A stretch of 63,871 bases of DNA, the filler included, from Guillardia theta CCMP2712 (lineage: Eukaryota; Protista; Cryptophyta), in the NCBI RefSeq assembly GCF_000315625.1. It is 6 parts of 6 records of this genome, joined end to end, with 100 filler letters (N's around TTAATTAATTAA, not from the genome) between each part and the next. Parts side by side here need not be neighbours in the genome. Positions count along the whole stretch, not along the records: positions 25,018 to 47,805 come from NW_005434547.1; 5 more parts are not named here. One strand, 5' to 3'. Each line of letters starts with the position of its first letter. Within the stretch, counting starts at the first letter, position 1. Under the pieces are notes generated by a model, which was not told the origin of the DNA, made no database searches, and saw only the letters and a list, made by a program, of their open reading frames with translations. This document shows positions 25,080-39,566 of the stretch, one piece after another. Both the position numbers and the translations under genes were made by a program.

Positions 25080-26756
25080 TCTTGAACAGGCTGAAGAACC
25101 TGAAGTCTCCTTGTGAGAGCTGACCGGAGAGCGAAGCTGACTCTACTCTTCGTGTGAGAAAGCGGAGGTAGCGATTGAGGAGGAGGAGGAGGAAAAAGAA
25201 GAAGAGAGGAGGAGGAGGAGGAGGAGGAGGAGGAGGAGGAGGAGGAGGAGGAAGAGAGGAGGAGGAGGAGGAGGAGGAAACACGTAGGAAAAGGAGGGGA
25301 GGGAGCAGTGGAAAAGCAACAACGAGGGGACCCGAGAAGGAGGAACAGGCTGACTAACCTGTCCGCTTGCTCTATCATGCTCTGAATCTCTGTTGGAGAT
25401 AAAGCCTGTCAAGCGTCATTACATTGATAAAAACCTCTTGCAACCCCTCCCCTATCCCCCTCCTCTCTCCCCCTTCCTTCCTCTTCTACCTCTCTTTCCT
25501 CTCCTTCCTTCATCGTTCCTCTCCGTCGGTTTTCCTCCCTCTCCCTTTCTTCTCCCTCTCCTCCCTTCTTCTTCCCCGTCGTCTTCTTCCTCCTTTTACC
25601 TCCATAGCCTGCACGTCTCCCTGCCAGACTCGCTGCTCAAGGGAAAGAGCAGAAACTCTGACGGAAAAGAGACGAGAAGTCAGAAAGAGGAGTGATAACA
25701 ACAAGAAAGGAAAGAAGAGAGGTAAGGACGAGAAGAGGACGAAAAATTGTTGAGGAAGACGTGAAGGTGTAAGGAGGAGAACATGGTGAAGAGGAGAGTA
25801 AGAGAGAGACAGAGACAGAGAGACAGAGACAGAGAGAAAGAGACAGAGACAGAGACAGGGAGAGAGACAGGAGAAGAAAAGAGGATCAAGTCAAACCGAT
25901 CAAGAGCAGCATTCAGGAGCATTTCCTTCTCGGAGAGCTGCACGAGACGATGAATGAAAAACCAACTCATGCTCTCTCTTACCTTCTTGCTCAAATCCTC
26001 GTTGGACCGTGACAGCTCTGAAACCTACGGAAGACTGTGAGGAGGAGGAGGAGGAGGAGGAGGAGGAGGAGGTGATGTGATTCAGATGGCTGGACTATGC
26101 GGGGGAAAAGGGATAGTTATGATGTTTACGAATGAGAATCATAACAAAGGAGAAGAATTGAAGAGCAGGTGAATGGAAGGTATTCAAAGGAAGAAGGAAG
26201 AAACAGGGAGGGAGGAAGGGGAGGGGGCAAGGAGATTGACAAGCTCTTTCAAACCTCCTTTCGATGTGCTTGTTCCATGACGACGAGGGTTTCCAAAACT
26301 TCGTGCAGCTCAACATTTCCCTTGTCAACAAGTCAGGAGAGGAAAAGGGGAGAAAACAACATAGTTCTTACCTTCTGCTCTTCCTCCATCTTCTGACATT
26401 GCTCCTGTAATGCACATGCCACGCTCTCAGTTGACGCTGCAAGTCAAGCACGCAACCTGTAAACTGTTCAAAGTGGATGCGACGTTGTTGTGAATGTCGC
26501 TGTGAGCATTCATCTTGATCCTGAGAGAGCAACATCAGAGCCTGTCTCTAGTCTCTCTTCATCATCACCTATGGGAAGATACAGAGACGGTGGAGTCATC
26601 TAGACTTGTATCATGGGAAGGAAGACAAAAGTTCGAGTTGTTCTCCGGGAGGAAGAAGAAGAGGAAAGGTTTGAAAGTTCTGCTTCATCATGAGCTCACG
26701 AGAGTTTGGTCAACCGCTCCTCCAACTCTCTCTCTCACCGCCTCCACCATTCTTGC

Positions 26757-26788
<32 letters not shown>

Positions 26789-27560
26789 AACAAGAACACC
26801 AACACCAACAGCAAACAACAACAGCAACACCAACAGCAAATAGCAACAGCAAATAGCAACAGCAAATAGAAGCAGCAGCAGCAGCACCAACAGCAGCAGC
26901 AGCAGCAGCAACTTCAACAATGTCGTCCGCTCCTCGCTTGCTCCCCCCCCCTCCTCCTTCTCACCCCAACGCTTTCTCTCGTGTCTTGAACACGCCTGCG
27001 CACTTCCTACGGACATCAGCCCACGACATTCCGACCCACGACACCTCCGACTCATCCTCGTGCAGCGTCCATGCCCCGCTCACGTCCTGCTTCAGCATGA
27101 AGAAGCAGTGCCCCCTAGCTCCACAGCGACAAAGCATAGCAGACAAGCACAGTCGCCTCCCATTCCGCAGGCGGAGGCTGGTGCACATGGAGTCGACGAC
27201 AAAGACGATGTCGCTGGTAATGGATCGCCTGCCCCAGTGCAGCGCTACCACCGCAAGCTCGCAATCCTTGTCTCTGAACCGCTCCTCCACCTCGTGTGCT
27301 AGATCCTGGCAGTTGGCAAACTCCTCATGCCCAATCCACTGCAACTCCATGCTCGCCGACCAGGGAACCGCCAGCTGTAACCTCGCGTGAATGTCTTCGT
27401 CCGCCTCCCCTTCCTCCTCAGGGAGCCCTCCTGCATGGAACGAGGCTCTGATGCCCTCCAGCACACTGCCAGCGTCCATGGCGCAGATGTCCTTCCTGTG
27501 CTGCTGCTTCTGCCGAAGCTACCTTGCCTTTCTCCCTCTCCCTACAAGCGCACTCTCTGC
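25080..27560 (-). CDS. Multi-exon hypothetical protein, partly coiled-coil-like
   Basis: Long exon 26961-27479 plus short E/Q/K-rich exons separated by microsatellite-filled introns. Confidence 0.4.
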
Positions 27561-27697
27561 CTGTGATTCAAGTCTTGAAGGTCAGAACTCGCAACTTTAC
27601 TTCTCGCACCCGTCTCCCTCTTCTCCTTCCCTCACACACTCTCTCCTCACTTACGGTCTCTTCTTCTTTCTGTCCTGTTCTGCCCTGCCTTGCCTTG

Positions 27698-27892
27698 CCC
27701 TGTCCTGTCCTGTCCTGTCCTGTCCTGTCCTGTCCTGTCCTGTCCTGTCCTGTCCTGTCCTGTCCTGTCCTGTCCTGTTCTCTTGTCTTGTCTCGTCTCG
27801 TCTCGTCTCGTCTCGTCTCGTCTCGTCTCGTCTCGTCTCGTCTCGTCTCGTCTCGTCTCGTCTCGTCTCGTCTCGTCTCGTCTCGTCTCGTC
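27698..27892. repeat. Compound pentanucleotide microsatellite, (CTGTC)n then (CTCGT)n
   Basis: Directly visible. Confidence 0.95.
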
Positions 27893-28609
27893 TCCTCGCA
27901 CAGCAGTAATTGTCTCAGGCAGCCAGTTCTCCCGCCATTTCCACAATTCGTGTCATCAGCAACCCCTCCCAAGGAAGAAGATTTACCGAGTGACACTCTA
28001 ATTGAATAGCCTATAGGTGCCTGCTAGCTCCTAGGACCCCCATCCTCATAATCAAATTAAATCGAGGCGTGTTAGGCTCTCGAGGGGATTTTATTTGGGA
28101 TGAGAAATCAATGCTGATCAATGGTGCGCGTTCAAACGCTGATATGTGACATGTTCAAGTTTGCAACATCGATCATGTGCAAACTGTTGTATCGTTGCTA
28201 TGAGGGCAAACTGTGTATTGTTGCATGAATTGCATATCTTATTTCTCCATCTCTTCCAACCACACATGAACAGAACAGTTTGTTGCATGCCCCCCCCCCC
28301 CCCCCCAGCGCATCATTGCTCAATGTGCCCAACTCATGGAGGATGAGAACTTTATGCACTGCACATCAAACTATCCTCTCAGGTCACATCGCGTTGACAG
28401 ATCGAACATTCCATCCGATAGAAAGGTGTAGAATTGTCAGGTTCAAGCTTTTCCAGCAGCGATATGGCAAAAAAAATTCATCTTGTGCACACATGAAGAG
28501 CCATCGGAGATGCAGTTGTGTTGTATGGTTTGAAGTTCTTAAAAGCTTTATCATTTGAAACAATACTATAAAACAAATCCCTAGATTCCAAAAATTCTTC
28601 CGCCAAAAA

Positions 28610-29104
28610 TTAATGCACCCAGCAAATCTCAACTTGCTGGAAGTCTTGGACCTTGGACCTCTTCTCAACATGCTCAATCACTTCGTTGAACAAGTCATCA
28701 TCGTTCCATGAGTATGATCTGCAGGAGAGCTCTGGAAAGCTGCTCTGCTCTGGCACTTCGGCGGCCACATTGGAAAAGATTTCGAAGTGCGAGTTCTCAT
28801 AACAGTCGTGCTTGACGAAGAGATCTTGAGCGAAAGGATTGCGAGGCTTGCTCTCAGACTTCTTGGTCTCGACGGGACTGCCTGAAGGGCGCTTGCGGGA
28901 GTACGGCCATTTTGCGAGCCCAACTCGTCGGCACGCATTCTTCAACGCGGTCAGCGAGATGCCGAGCTGCTGCGCTGCCTCAGTTTGTCTGAGATGGAAG
29001 AGGTTGCTGATCTTCGCCATGTCGAGCGTGATGGGCATCTTGAACTTCTCGATCTCTCCTTTTCTCTTTCTTGGGAAAACTTCGGCTATCTGGGGGCTGA
29101 TCAT
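28610..29104 (-). CDS. RWP-RK domain transcription factor (intronless)
   Basis: ITLDMAKISNLFHLRQTEAAQQLGISLTALKNACRRVGLAKWPYSRK matches the RWP-RK domain (KWPYSRK variant); preceded by FPRKRKGE; likely ATG at 29104. Confidence 0.88.
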   Translation of the reverse strand: MISPQIAEVFPRKRKGEIEKFKMPITLDMAKISNLFHLRQTEAAQQLGISLTALKNACRRVGLAKWPYSRKRPSGSPVETKKSESKPRNPFAQDLFVKHDCYENSHFEIFSNVAAEVPEQSSFPELSCRSYSWNDDDLFNEVIEHVEKRSKVQDFQQVEICWVH

Positions 29105-31379
29105 GGTAGCTTGAGGGTATGGAATCGAGCAAGGAGATTGAATGTAGGTTGTCGGGCAAGGCGACAATGGAAAGGAGCAAGGGCGAGAGTGAGTAGAGAA
29201 AGAAAGTTCCTGGAGCTGAAACAGAAGAGGAGGAGGAGAAGGAGTACAAGATCTCGTGCGGGGTTAATGCGAGGATGGATAATGGAGATGGAGACGGAAA
29301 CGAGTGCGTTCAAGTAGGAAAAGGTCGGGCCCTGTAAACCCGACCAGTGGGTGGGGGTACTGCAAGAGGTTAACAACATTTCGTACGTCGATATGGGGGG
29401 TATGGTGAGGGGATCTGTAGGGTGGGGGTTGTTTTTTCATTATTGCCCCACTTCTGTTCCTGTGCTGGGGTGGGTCATCTATGTGCGTGACTGCTAACAC
29501 TCCGGAAGGGGGTTTACTTCAAACTTTATCGATTTGCCCCGTAGGGTACAGTACCCTACCTTACCTTTTGAGCTTAAAATAATGATAAAACCACGGGTAC
29601 AAATCTTCCAGTTGTAACAGAACAACGGGTACAAGGTTTGCCTCCTTGCAAATCCAAAGAAGTTGTATTCCGCAAGGCCCGGAGTTGCCTGGTGTTCTGC
29701 AGGAAGAACATTTCATCACGGGGGGGGGTGGGGGTGTATTGAAAATCGAGTACACCGGTATATTTCTATGACAAAATAGGGGTGGAGGTGTGTACCTGCG
29801 GGCTGTGACATGCATCGTGCCGTAACCCCGCATTGGACAATCGGAGCGCCGACAAGGATGTCACCTCTTTACTACAAATTGATGAACATATGAAAAAACT
29901 TCATTTCGTATTCTGGAACTAGCCAAACCCTTTGAGACTTCGGCCGAGTCCGGGGCCCAAGGGTAAATCACACCGTTTCGACAACGTCTCCCTTATCTGA
30001 CTGATTGCCTGTCACGGCTGTCGAAGGTAGACCGGTACGTCGACGTGTTTCTAGAGGGTGGTCAAACATTTGACCAACGTGCTGACAGGATACGCGTGAT
30101 GGCCTTATGGACCCTTACAGGGGCAGTAGGCTTAGGGCCCTTACATGAGACCTCTAGGAACAGTTGGAACTGATGAGGGGTAAAGCTGCGTAAAGTACCA
30201 CCCCTCTGTACCCTCCAAGGGGTTAAAGTCACCCCTACCCACTCTTTTGTCGTCATGATCTGGGTCAAAGAGGGGTATAGACACAAGCACCACTACCTCC
30301 TCGTACGCACTCTGCCTGGCTAATCGAACCATTTTGATCCGACTGCATCATACAAAGCTCCTGTAGAGTGGACTATGGACCACCCACAGGTTTTCCACGA
30401 AATACCACCCTCCCTCACTAGAATACGTCCCATTGTCCCTTTTTATACCCTCTTCAGTGGTCGGAGCGCCGGCAGTTTAGCACGAGCAACCGGAGCTGCC
30501 GTGACATCCAAAATCCCGTGACAGCCAACCTGCCGTGCCAGAGCCGTGATGAGTCCGTGGCCCATTCAGTTACACCCCCCGTTGCTACTTGTCATCACTG
30601 AGCTTTTGATGAGTGAAACTTGAGTCCCCGTCCGACCGTCCGCCAACGGGCCCGGCCGGCGGCCGCGTCTGCGGCCGGGCGAAGGGCCACCGGGGACTGA
30701 GCCTGCGTCGGCCTGGGCCGGGGGCCCGGTGCTTCAATCAAACCGGACCATGCGGCGCCGGGCCCCCCAGTCATCAATTTTGATATGGGCCATGCACGTG
30801 AAGTGTTGAAGCATGAAGGATGGAGCGGAGACAAGGGGAAGAGGACAAGAGGAGGAGATGAGAGGAGATAAGAGGAGAGTCGGTGAGAATAAGAGGAGAG
30901 TCGGTGAGAAAAGAGCAGAGAGAGGCGGGAAGGGGAGAGGAGAGGAGAGGAGAGGAGAGGAGAGGAGAGGAGAGGAGAGGAGAGGAGAGGAGAGGAGTGG
31001 AGAGGAGAGGAGAGGAGAGGCGATGAATGGGGCGAGGAAGTGGAAGGGGCAAGGGAGGGATGGGGCATCTGCACTTGAGTAGCGTGGAAGGAATCAGAAA
31101 GCAAGCAATGGCTTGTGCGTGAGATAACGAGACTTTGATATGCAAACAGATATGCATAGACAGATACCGATGTACAAGTAGTAATAGAGAGGTATGTACA
31201 AAAATATGAAGAGACAGATAACGAAACCGACCGACAGGCGTAAAGGCAGGGACAGAGGCAGAGGCAGTCACAGAGAGACTGAGATAGAGAAAGCGGCAGA
31301 TGATGGTTTGATGGATATGTTAACTCTGAAGATTCTCTGTTGATCATTGCTTCCGATCTTGTCCTTGTTTATTATGTGA

Positions 31380-32747
31380 GATGTTTCGATTTGGTATGCG
31401 ATGTTGCAGCATTTCCATCGATTGGTCTGACATTCACTGAAACCTCGCTGAGAAGGCATCAGCTTGTTCTTCGCTACCTCCTTGCAATTCCGAACTCCTT
31501 GCGACAACATGGGAAAGGCGCTTGGCTTCAGGTAGGGAACAACGAAGGCAGGGCTCGTGCGAATGCTTCTTTGTTGCAACTGTTTCAGTCAAGCAGCTGT
31601 CAAGCTGCTTTCATGTTGCCTGATCGTTTGTATTCTTTCGTTCTCCACTCCATCCTGTGATTGGCACATGGCCATTTGACCCTGCCAGCCTCACTACAAC
31701 CCTGGCTCCCTGCCTCCCTGCTTTTCTCCCTTGTTTTCCTCCCTCCCTCCTTTCCTCGTTACCGCCTTCTTTCCTTCCTCCCTCCCCCACCATCCCTCTC
31801 TTCCTCTCCTCTTTCCTGCCCCCCTCCCTGCAGCTTTTCTCTTCCTTATCGTGCTGGTCGCTAATGCTATCTGTTCCACGGCTCTCTCGCCCTACTGACT
31901 TTGTCGCAGGTATGCTGGCAAAGGCCCAGGAATCCAAAAGAGCTCAAAGATGGCGCGAAAATATCTTGTTGCAAACAAAGTGAAGACTGGAAAGATGTCG
32001 GTAAGTTTGCGCTCGTGCTGAAAGTCTCAGTTGTCATTCCAGCTTCACTTGTTTGTTTTGGTAATTGTTCTGTATTGTGTTTTCTATTGCAATTTGGCGA
32101 TGAGAAATGAAGGATAAATCAGATGTAGCATTGAGATCAGATGCAAACTGAGAAGATGACAGTCTAGAGAAAAGATGAAGATGGCAGTCTAGAGAAAAGA
32201 TGATTGGTTTTGTAGAGAAACTAAGGGTGTTTTCTATTCATCGTGATGATGATAACTTTGATGATGATGGAGGAAATGCTGGAACAGTGAGTTGATATAT
32301 GTTAGCGTTCTTGACGACCTTTTGACAGGACCTTGACTTTGGGATTGAAGCTGCGCCCAAGGTGAGTCGAATTTCTCCCTATTGTTGATTGTCATCAGTC
32401 GATTGTACAAAGACGATGTTCATCTTGTGTTTCTGTTGTGGTTTGCTAACACACCCGAGTTGAGCATTCCTGTCCTGCAGTGCAAGCTTGCTATGAAATC
32501 TTGCTCCTTTTGCTCTTTTCCTCACTTGCCTTCATTCCTATGCGTTTGTCTTCTGATTAAGATTTTGTCTCTATGTTTGTAATCTGACGACAATCGTCAG
32601 ATTCAGAAAGAGCAAGCTGAAACAGGACTCAACAACTCCAAGAGGTTAGTTGCTGTGAGCATGCAAATGGCCTTAGATGTTATGTTACAGCAACAACCAC
32701 TACCATCATCGCCATTCTTCTCCTGCTCCTGCTCCTCTTGCCACTGG

Positions 32748-32804
<57 letters not shown>

Positions 32805-32814
32805 CTCTCTTGCC

Positions 32815-32858
<44 letters not shown>

Positions 32859-33682
32859 GCTCCTGCTCCTTCTCATCACCATCACCATCACCATCACCAT
32901 CACCATCACCATCACCATCACACCTGTGTGCGTTATCTCGATCTTCATATTATGTTAGTCTTGGCCTTCTGCAATGAAGACGTTTGGGGATATTGTTGTG
33001 TGCTCTACGTTATATACCTCATCATCACTGATTACGATTTATGCAATGGAATCATACGCAATTGCAACATTTGTGATTTACATGGTGCAATGTTTGTACC
33101 AACCCTGCAGCTCGACTTTAAAATCTTGTTCGCTCCTGAAGTACATCTTTCCATGAGTTGCTGATATTTACATTCTATGTGACATCCTTGTTATGTGACT
33201 TTCTACATTCCTCTTGTAAATGCTGGATTTCAGCGCCTCAAGCTCCAGTACGAAACCTGACAAATCTAAAGAAGACTCCGGTAATCCAACCTTCTTCTCC
33301 CCCCCTTCCCTCATTTGCTGCTCGAGCCACTGTCCTCTCCTCTTCTTCTGCCTTCTCGCATGCTCTGCCTTTCTGTACGCGTTCTGTCCTTCCTCTCCTC
33401 CTATCCACGCTCTGCTCTGCTCTGCTCTGCTCTGCTCTGCTCTGTTCTCTGACTTGTTTTGCAGGGAACTACAACGCTCCAGTAATCACCACCAAGCGCG
33501 AGAAGACGCTGGCAGAGCAGGTGACAAGAGAAGCGGAGGAAACTAGCTTACGAGAGTTCAGGTTGGAGAGAAAGAATATCAGGAGAGAGTCAAGGATGCG
33601 GATGAATTTCGAGCTGCCAAGAGTTTTGCAGAGGAGAAAACAAACGCGAAGAAGAAGAAGAAGTGCGAGCCGTGTTGATTGA
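31380..33682 (+). CDS. Multi-exon hypothetical protein with a basic C-terminus
   Basis: Short exons with GT-AG boundaries; last exon GNYNAPVITTKREKTLAEQ...RRRRRSASRVD*. The 5' boundary is uncertain. Confidence 0.35.
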
Positions 33683-34459
33683 CAGAGAGAGGAGAAAGTT
33701 CTTTTATTCTTCTCGTGTATTCTTGTCTTGTGTATTATGCAGACATAGATCTAAACTTGAAATGATGAAAGATTTTGTACAAATAAACTTGTTCTTTTGT
33801 CCGCACAACAACTTCTCGTCTCATCTATCCTTGTCCCCCTGTTGACACTTGCAGTCCTCTCACCTTGTTGCCTATTCAACCATCACAGTTAGCCTTCGGT
33901 GGCATTTTTGAAAATATAAAAATTCCAGAGACGTTTTAACTATCTGAACATGGTTGAAAGACTGCTGAAAACAAGATTATATAGAATGAACCATTGTACT
34001 TGTAAGATGATATTAAAAGCTCGGGCCTATGTCAACTCGTTTAAACTATCATAGAGCAAACCATTCAGGGAATCTTGCTATATTTCTACATCCTTTTCAC
34101 CAACTCACTGCGCACTTTGCAGCGCCTGATATAAACATCTTTTTATCACGCAGCTCCAAAACATCCTCCAGCACGATGAAGAGATTGGTAGAATATTTCA
34201 TTATTTTCCGAATTTCTAGAATACATGATATGGCAAGCACCAATTACAGACAAAGTTACAAACAACACAAAAGTCGAACAACAAACAGAAACATTCTCAC
34301 GCCCTACATTTTGGACTTCAAAGCTCCCAGGTCAGACATCTCACTCCTGAACACCAGGAGAGGGTTGAGTAGAGGCAGGGTGGGCCCGGTGAAGGGAGGA
34401 GAAGGAGGAGTCTGAGGAGACAGGGGCAAGTCAGGCACGTGCGAGGATACCAAGGCGAG

Positions 34460-35910
34460 CTAGTCAAACAGACATGTCAGGACGAATAAGAAGGAAAGGA
34501 GAAGAATTACAAGCTGCTGCTGCTGAATAATGCGCAGAAGTATCTCGGACCGGCTATTGATCAAGCTTTGCAGGAGAGAAATGTTGGCAGTCTCGAGGGA
34601 TTCAACATCACTGAAGTGAACATTCTGCCATGTTGTTACAAACTCACATGTAGCCAACACAACCATCTTCACCCGTTCCACCTTGACAGCCGACAGATCG
34701 TCCATTTTCTCCCTCTTGACTCCCTTCTGACATGTCAACACAAACAGCTTCGGAGAGCAAAACACACTCACTCTCGACCCTCTCCCTTCATCATTGTCGG
34801 ATGAATTGCTTACTTCGTTCTTGCTCTCCTCCTCCTTCTTCTGCAAGTACTTGGTCTGTCGACGGCTGATGACGCGTCAGTCAGACGACCTCAACTGAGT
34901 TCATCGCATCTCACCCATCCCATTGGAATGTTCTGCTGTTCTCGAAGTCCAACCCATGACTTGCTCTTCGCGTGTTCTAACAGTCATGTCAGGTCGATCG
35001 CATCTGAAAGGAGGACGGCAGGACGGTACAAGAAATAGTGGAAGGGAAAGCGAGGAGAAGAATCGCAGAGGAAGCGGTTGAAGTAGAGGGCAGAAGGACA
35101 GAAGGTAGGGGGGGGGGGAGGAGGAGGGTGGAGGTTAAGAGTGGGAAGCCACCTCAGTAGGAAAGTAACCAAGACGTCGTAGGATCTGGAACATGGAGTT
35201 GGGCTTGTAGACCTTGCCTTCCTTCCCTTGCATGAACCACTGCTTCCTCCTCTCAGCCCACTCCTTCTCCTTCCCGTCGCAGACTTTCCATCCGAAGATC
35301 CCTGGCAAACGTCTCAGGCTGGTTGCTAGAGCCATTGCCTCTCTCTCTCAGTCACCTCCGAGCTTCTCGGGCACATCGCCATACTGCAACTCTACGATCT
35401 CCTCCCGGTCAAGCTGCATGATGAACTTCAAGAACGAAAGGCTGCCGCTCCCATGCTGCACGGCTCGTCTCAGTGACCCATGACCAGCGCTCGGTCTTGT
35501 CACCTGCTTGCATCCTCGAAACTTGAGGAAGTTGGGTTTGAACTGATGGCGAGAGTTCTCCTGATCCTCCTCCACGCTCTCACTCTCACCTTGTCGGAAC
35601 TCAAGATACTTTCTCTTCCTATCGCCCTGCTCCTCTTGCGATGCTGGGCGATTGGCCTGGGAGAAAATCTTCAGAGTGCGACATTCGCGCAGTTGAGGAG
35701 CAAACCTTCTCTTGACAAACTTCAGAGAAGCTTCTCCTCGCAAGAATCGTCTCCAGGCTCATGGGTCGTCTCCTCCTCCGATGACTCACTGCGCGCACGT
35801 GTAAGTCGCTGGTCATCGCTCGCTGGATTTGGCGCGCGAGTATGCAAGGCTGAAGTCCCGTGGAGGCGAAAGGGGAGGGATGCAGCAGAGACGGGAAGTG
35901 ATGGAGCATG
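34460..35910 (-). CDS. Multi-exon hypothetical protein
   Basis: Coding-like segments FLKFIMQLDREEIVELQYGDVPEKLG and LPGIFGWKVCDGKEKEW..FQILRRLGYFP; a G-rich tract lies upstream. Confidence 0.4.
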
Positions 35911-38900
35911 CCAGTCGGAGGAGGACGAGTGCTGCGATCAGTAGGCAGTTTGGGAGGGGTAGAGGAGGAAGCAGGTTTTGTGATTTCCGGGAGGGTACGT
36001 ATGCCGAAGCATCAGTCCTCATGTCATTCAGAGCAGTGGTCGAGGATCTCAAAACGGGCAAGAATGCAACAGATTCATGGCGAGTCACAAGAAACAAGAA
36101 CAAGGCAGTCGATGTAGGTCATGAATCGATCAATGCGTACAAGCATCGGCAACAGTCTATCATGCGGAAACAACGGAAGTTGATTATTGGGATACAACCT
36201 CTTTCCTCCTACGAAAACACGAGTGCACAACACAATGGCAGGCACGACGCAAGATGAAGGGAAGAAGGAAACATAGAGAAAGGATGGGTCCTTGACAGCA
36301 GCGCGTGCGAGCAGGGGGGATAGTCGGAGCGGGAAGGGCATGGAAGCAGGAAACGTTTGTGTACATGGGGAGGAACAAATGATTCTGTGGGGCCCAATGG
36401 ACGATAGTACTGGACGGGTGGGTGGGGTCATTAGTACATGGGTAGTCATTCTTTGGGTGGGTAGTAAAGGGTCGAGAACGGGGTAGTAGAGTTGTTCCCA
36501 TTCTTTGCCTGGAAATGTACATTAAAAAATCATTAAAGGAAAATGGGGGTGGGGGTGGTATTGTTGATATCGGGATCATGGGTTTTATGACTGGTAGGAA
36601 AGTAGAAATCTGGAACTACCCGGTAGTTTTAGAGTGAATATCGGTCGAATGCAGGGGTACTTGTTTGTCCAGTCGACAAGGTGGGGTCTGAGTGAAGTTC
36701 AAAGATCAGTGAGTCGTGGGGTGGGGTACAGGAGATTTGTAAGCTCACGAGCTCGGGGCCGGGGTGTCCAGGATATTGATGATGTGGGTGGGTGGAAGAG
36801 GTGGGGTGGGGTAGGTTATGGGTAGGTTATGGGTAGGGTGGGTAGGGTGGAAACTTACGCATCGCCTTTCTGAGGCTCCTGGGAAGAGATGAGAAGAGGA
36901 GGAAATATACATGTGGGGTGGGGTGATATCAAGCGATAATGGAGGGGTGGTGAGTCGCAGAGGCCGCGGATCTCTCTTCATTCAGTGCCCTTTCTAAAAC
37001 ATTTTAAGGGCACGGGCGTGATGAAGGGGGTGATGAAGAGGGAGGGTGGGTGATGAAGACGGGGGCGATGAATGGAGAGGGTGGGTAATCTGTAAGAGGG
37101 GGTGATGAAGAGAGAGAGTGATTGATAAAGACGAGGGTGATGAAGACCGGGGTGGTGGAGAGCGAGGGTGGGTGATAAAGAACGAGGTGTTAAACAGGGT
37201 GGGTGGTACTCGGGTAGATAAATGCACGAACGGGTACAAATGCTTACTAGGGGTGGGTGGTTATCATTACGACGACTGGAGACTTCTAAAGGAAAGAAAA
37301 AAAAGGAAACCTGGGAAAAAGGGGGTGGGGTGGGACCCTTGCATTTTACATTTTAAAAGTTGAGGTTTTAAAGGGTGCGGATCGTGATTCGCCGGTACAA
37401 GCAGGTGACGTTCAAAACTATTTTAAAGCCCTGCAGGTGAAGGGGTTGGAGCCCCGAAATCGCCGTGACGACCCCATCCTTCAACCGTCCTGACCTTTCG
37501 CATCAAGGGACAACTCTTTCAAAGTTTGAACTCCGCTGTATCAGGGGTACTTGGTGGCCGAATGGTACAAAACTGAGGGGTGGGCTCAGTTGTGGAACCT
37601 GTGTAGTAAGAACTCTGCTGACGGCAATGGATGACTTTTGAGTTCGAAGGGCCGTAAAAAGAATCCCGTGACACACATACCCACCCGACATATCCGTACT
37701 ACCCCACCCACCTCATTTTTCAGATCCCTTCAGATCTTAGAGCTTTTTTTTTTGCCTTTTTTAACCCAAAACCCTGTTTGCGACAAGGGAACGCGGGCGA
37801 ATGAACATGGCGAGGGAGAGCGAGAGAGGAGACGCGAGGAGGGAAGAAGCTGAGGATTGTCTTTGCAACAGCAAGTCAGAGATGAGAGAAGCAGCTTGAA
37901 AGACGTTGATCGGAGGAAGCGGGAGGGCATAGCTGTAAGTAGTGAATGAGAGATATGCCGCAGACGGCCGAAAACACATTTGTACGTGGACACGCGATAT
38001 CAAACAAGACAGTAGAAAGAGACACCAAGATAAAACCATTGTGATGATATCCGAAGGCTACTGAGGAGGGGAGTGGCAGGGGCAAAAGAGAAGCGAGTAA
38101 ACTTTAATTGTTTTAGTGAGGTAGACTGGTAGTCAGTACAGCGGCAGAGAGAATGCACAGCAAGCGATTCAAACGTGCATGCCATTGCTGGAAAATGCAC
38201 GCGAACACCGACAAGAACATACACATCTGAATTCGCAGGAGCCTGGAGGTGTTGTGATTTGTCAGGTTTCTGTCTCTTTGTTGTTTCGTTTCGTTGTCCT
38301 GCCTATGGTTGACACGCGATATTATGTTGTGAGCAAGTTGCTGTATGTTGAAAGATTTCTTTTTCTGGCAAGAAGTAGTCGTTTGTTGAGACAGGAAGTG
38401 GGGTGGGCAAAAGACGTGAGGGTGACACGATTGGATATCACTGATGTGTATATGTTGTTGTTCACTCTCACGACCTGAAGGAAAATGAGGTGGAATTCAC
38501 ATAAACGTTGTTCGTTTGCTGTGTACAATAAACAAGACTACTCGAGGCATTGTTTATATGTAGGAGCTTGCTACTCGCTAGTTATCTTGGTTTGCATTTC
38601 AAGTTTGCTGCCACAACGATTGTTGCTCTTGCTCTCGCTCTCGCTCCTCCTCCTCCTCCTCCTCCTCCACCACCTTCTGTTCATCTTCCTCTTCGTTTGT
38701 AGTGTAGAAGCCATCTATACATCTATACTTGTTTTGCTGATGTCCGCGTCCTGGGCATTGTTTGTACGCATCTGCAACAAATCTGAGAAAGACGAAAGTT
38801 AGGGAGGAAGACAAGGCGTTGGTGATTTTCACTCGACACTCTGATGATCAGTGGATGTGACTTCTTGCTTCGACAATTCCTACCCTTCGTTTGTGGGTCT

Positions 38901-39227
38901 ATTTGTAAAACTGAAACATTGCCGAAACGAAGAATGCCTTGCGAACATTGCCGAACGACAGCTTGTTCAATCTTTGATCAGCAAATACCTCCTGTCCTCC
39001 AAACCTACAAGCGCTGAGATCAGGTGAAGCCTTGATAGCAGATTTCTTTCCTGTCCATTCCACTCTTTTCAACATGGTCGCGGAAAATGCTATCAGCCTT
39101 CGAGGTGCCCTTGGAGGAGCGAGAGAGAGGGAGCGTGGGAGCGAGGGAGCGAGAGAGAAATAGAGACAGGGACAGAGACAGAGACAAAGAGAGATAGAAA
39201 CAGAAAGAGACGGAGAGAGACGGAGGA

Positions 39228-39262
<35 letters not shown>

Positions 39263-39394
39263 GGAAGAGAGGAAGAGAGGGAGAGACAGAGAGAAAGAGA
39301 AATAGACACACAGACAAAGAGAGACAGAGACAGAATTGGAGCCGGACAGACAGAGACAGAGACAGACAGAGAGTGAAAGAGCAGATATCACTTG

Positions 39395-39566
39395 TGATGT
39401 GAGACTTGTTCCACAACGTAGCAAGGTGAACTTGGAAGAATGAAGAATGAAGCTAGCTTTGTTTATGTATCAGCAGTAGCAAGATAACGTATGAGGGGAC
39501 TGATGTGAAAGAGTTGGTGAGGTAACGAGCAGATCTACCGGCGGTTGTGGAACAAGTCTCACATCA
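39395..39566. mobile_element. 172-bp non-autonomous element (MITE or solo LTR): TG...CA ends, 23-bp perfect TIRs, 5-bp TSD
   Basis: TGATGTGAGACTTGTTCCACAAC (39395-39417) is the exact reverse complement of 39544-39566; ACTTG flanks both ends (39390-39394, 39567-39571). Confidence 0.8.
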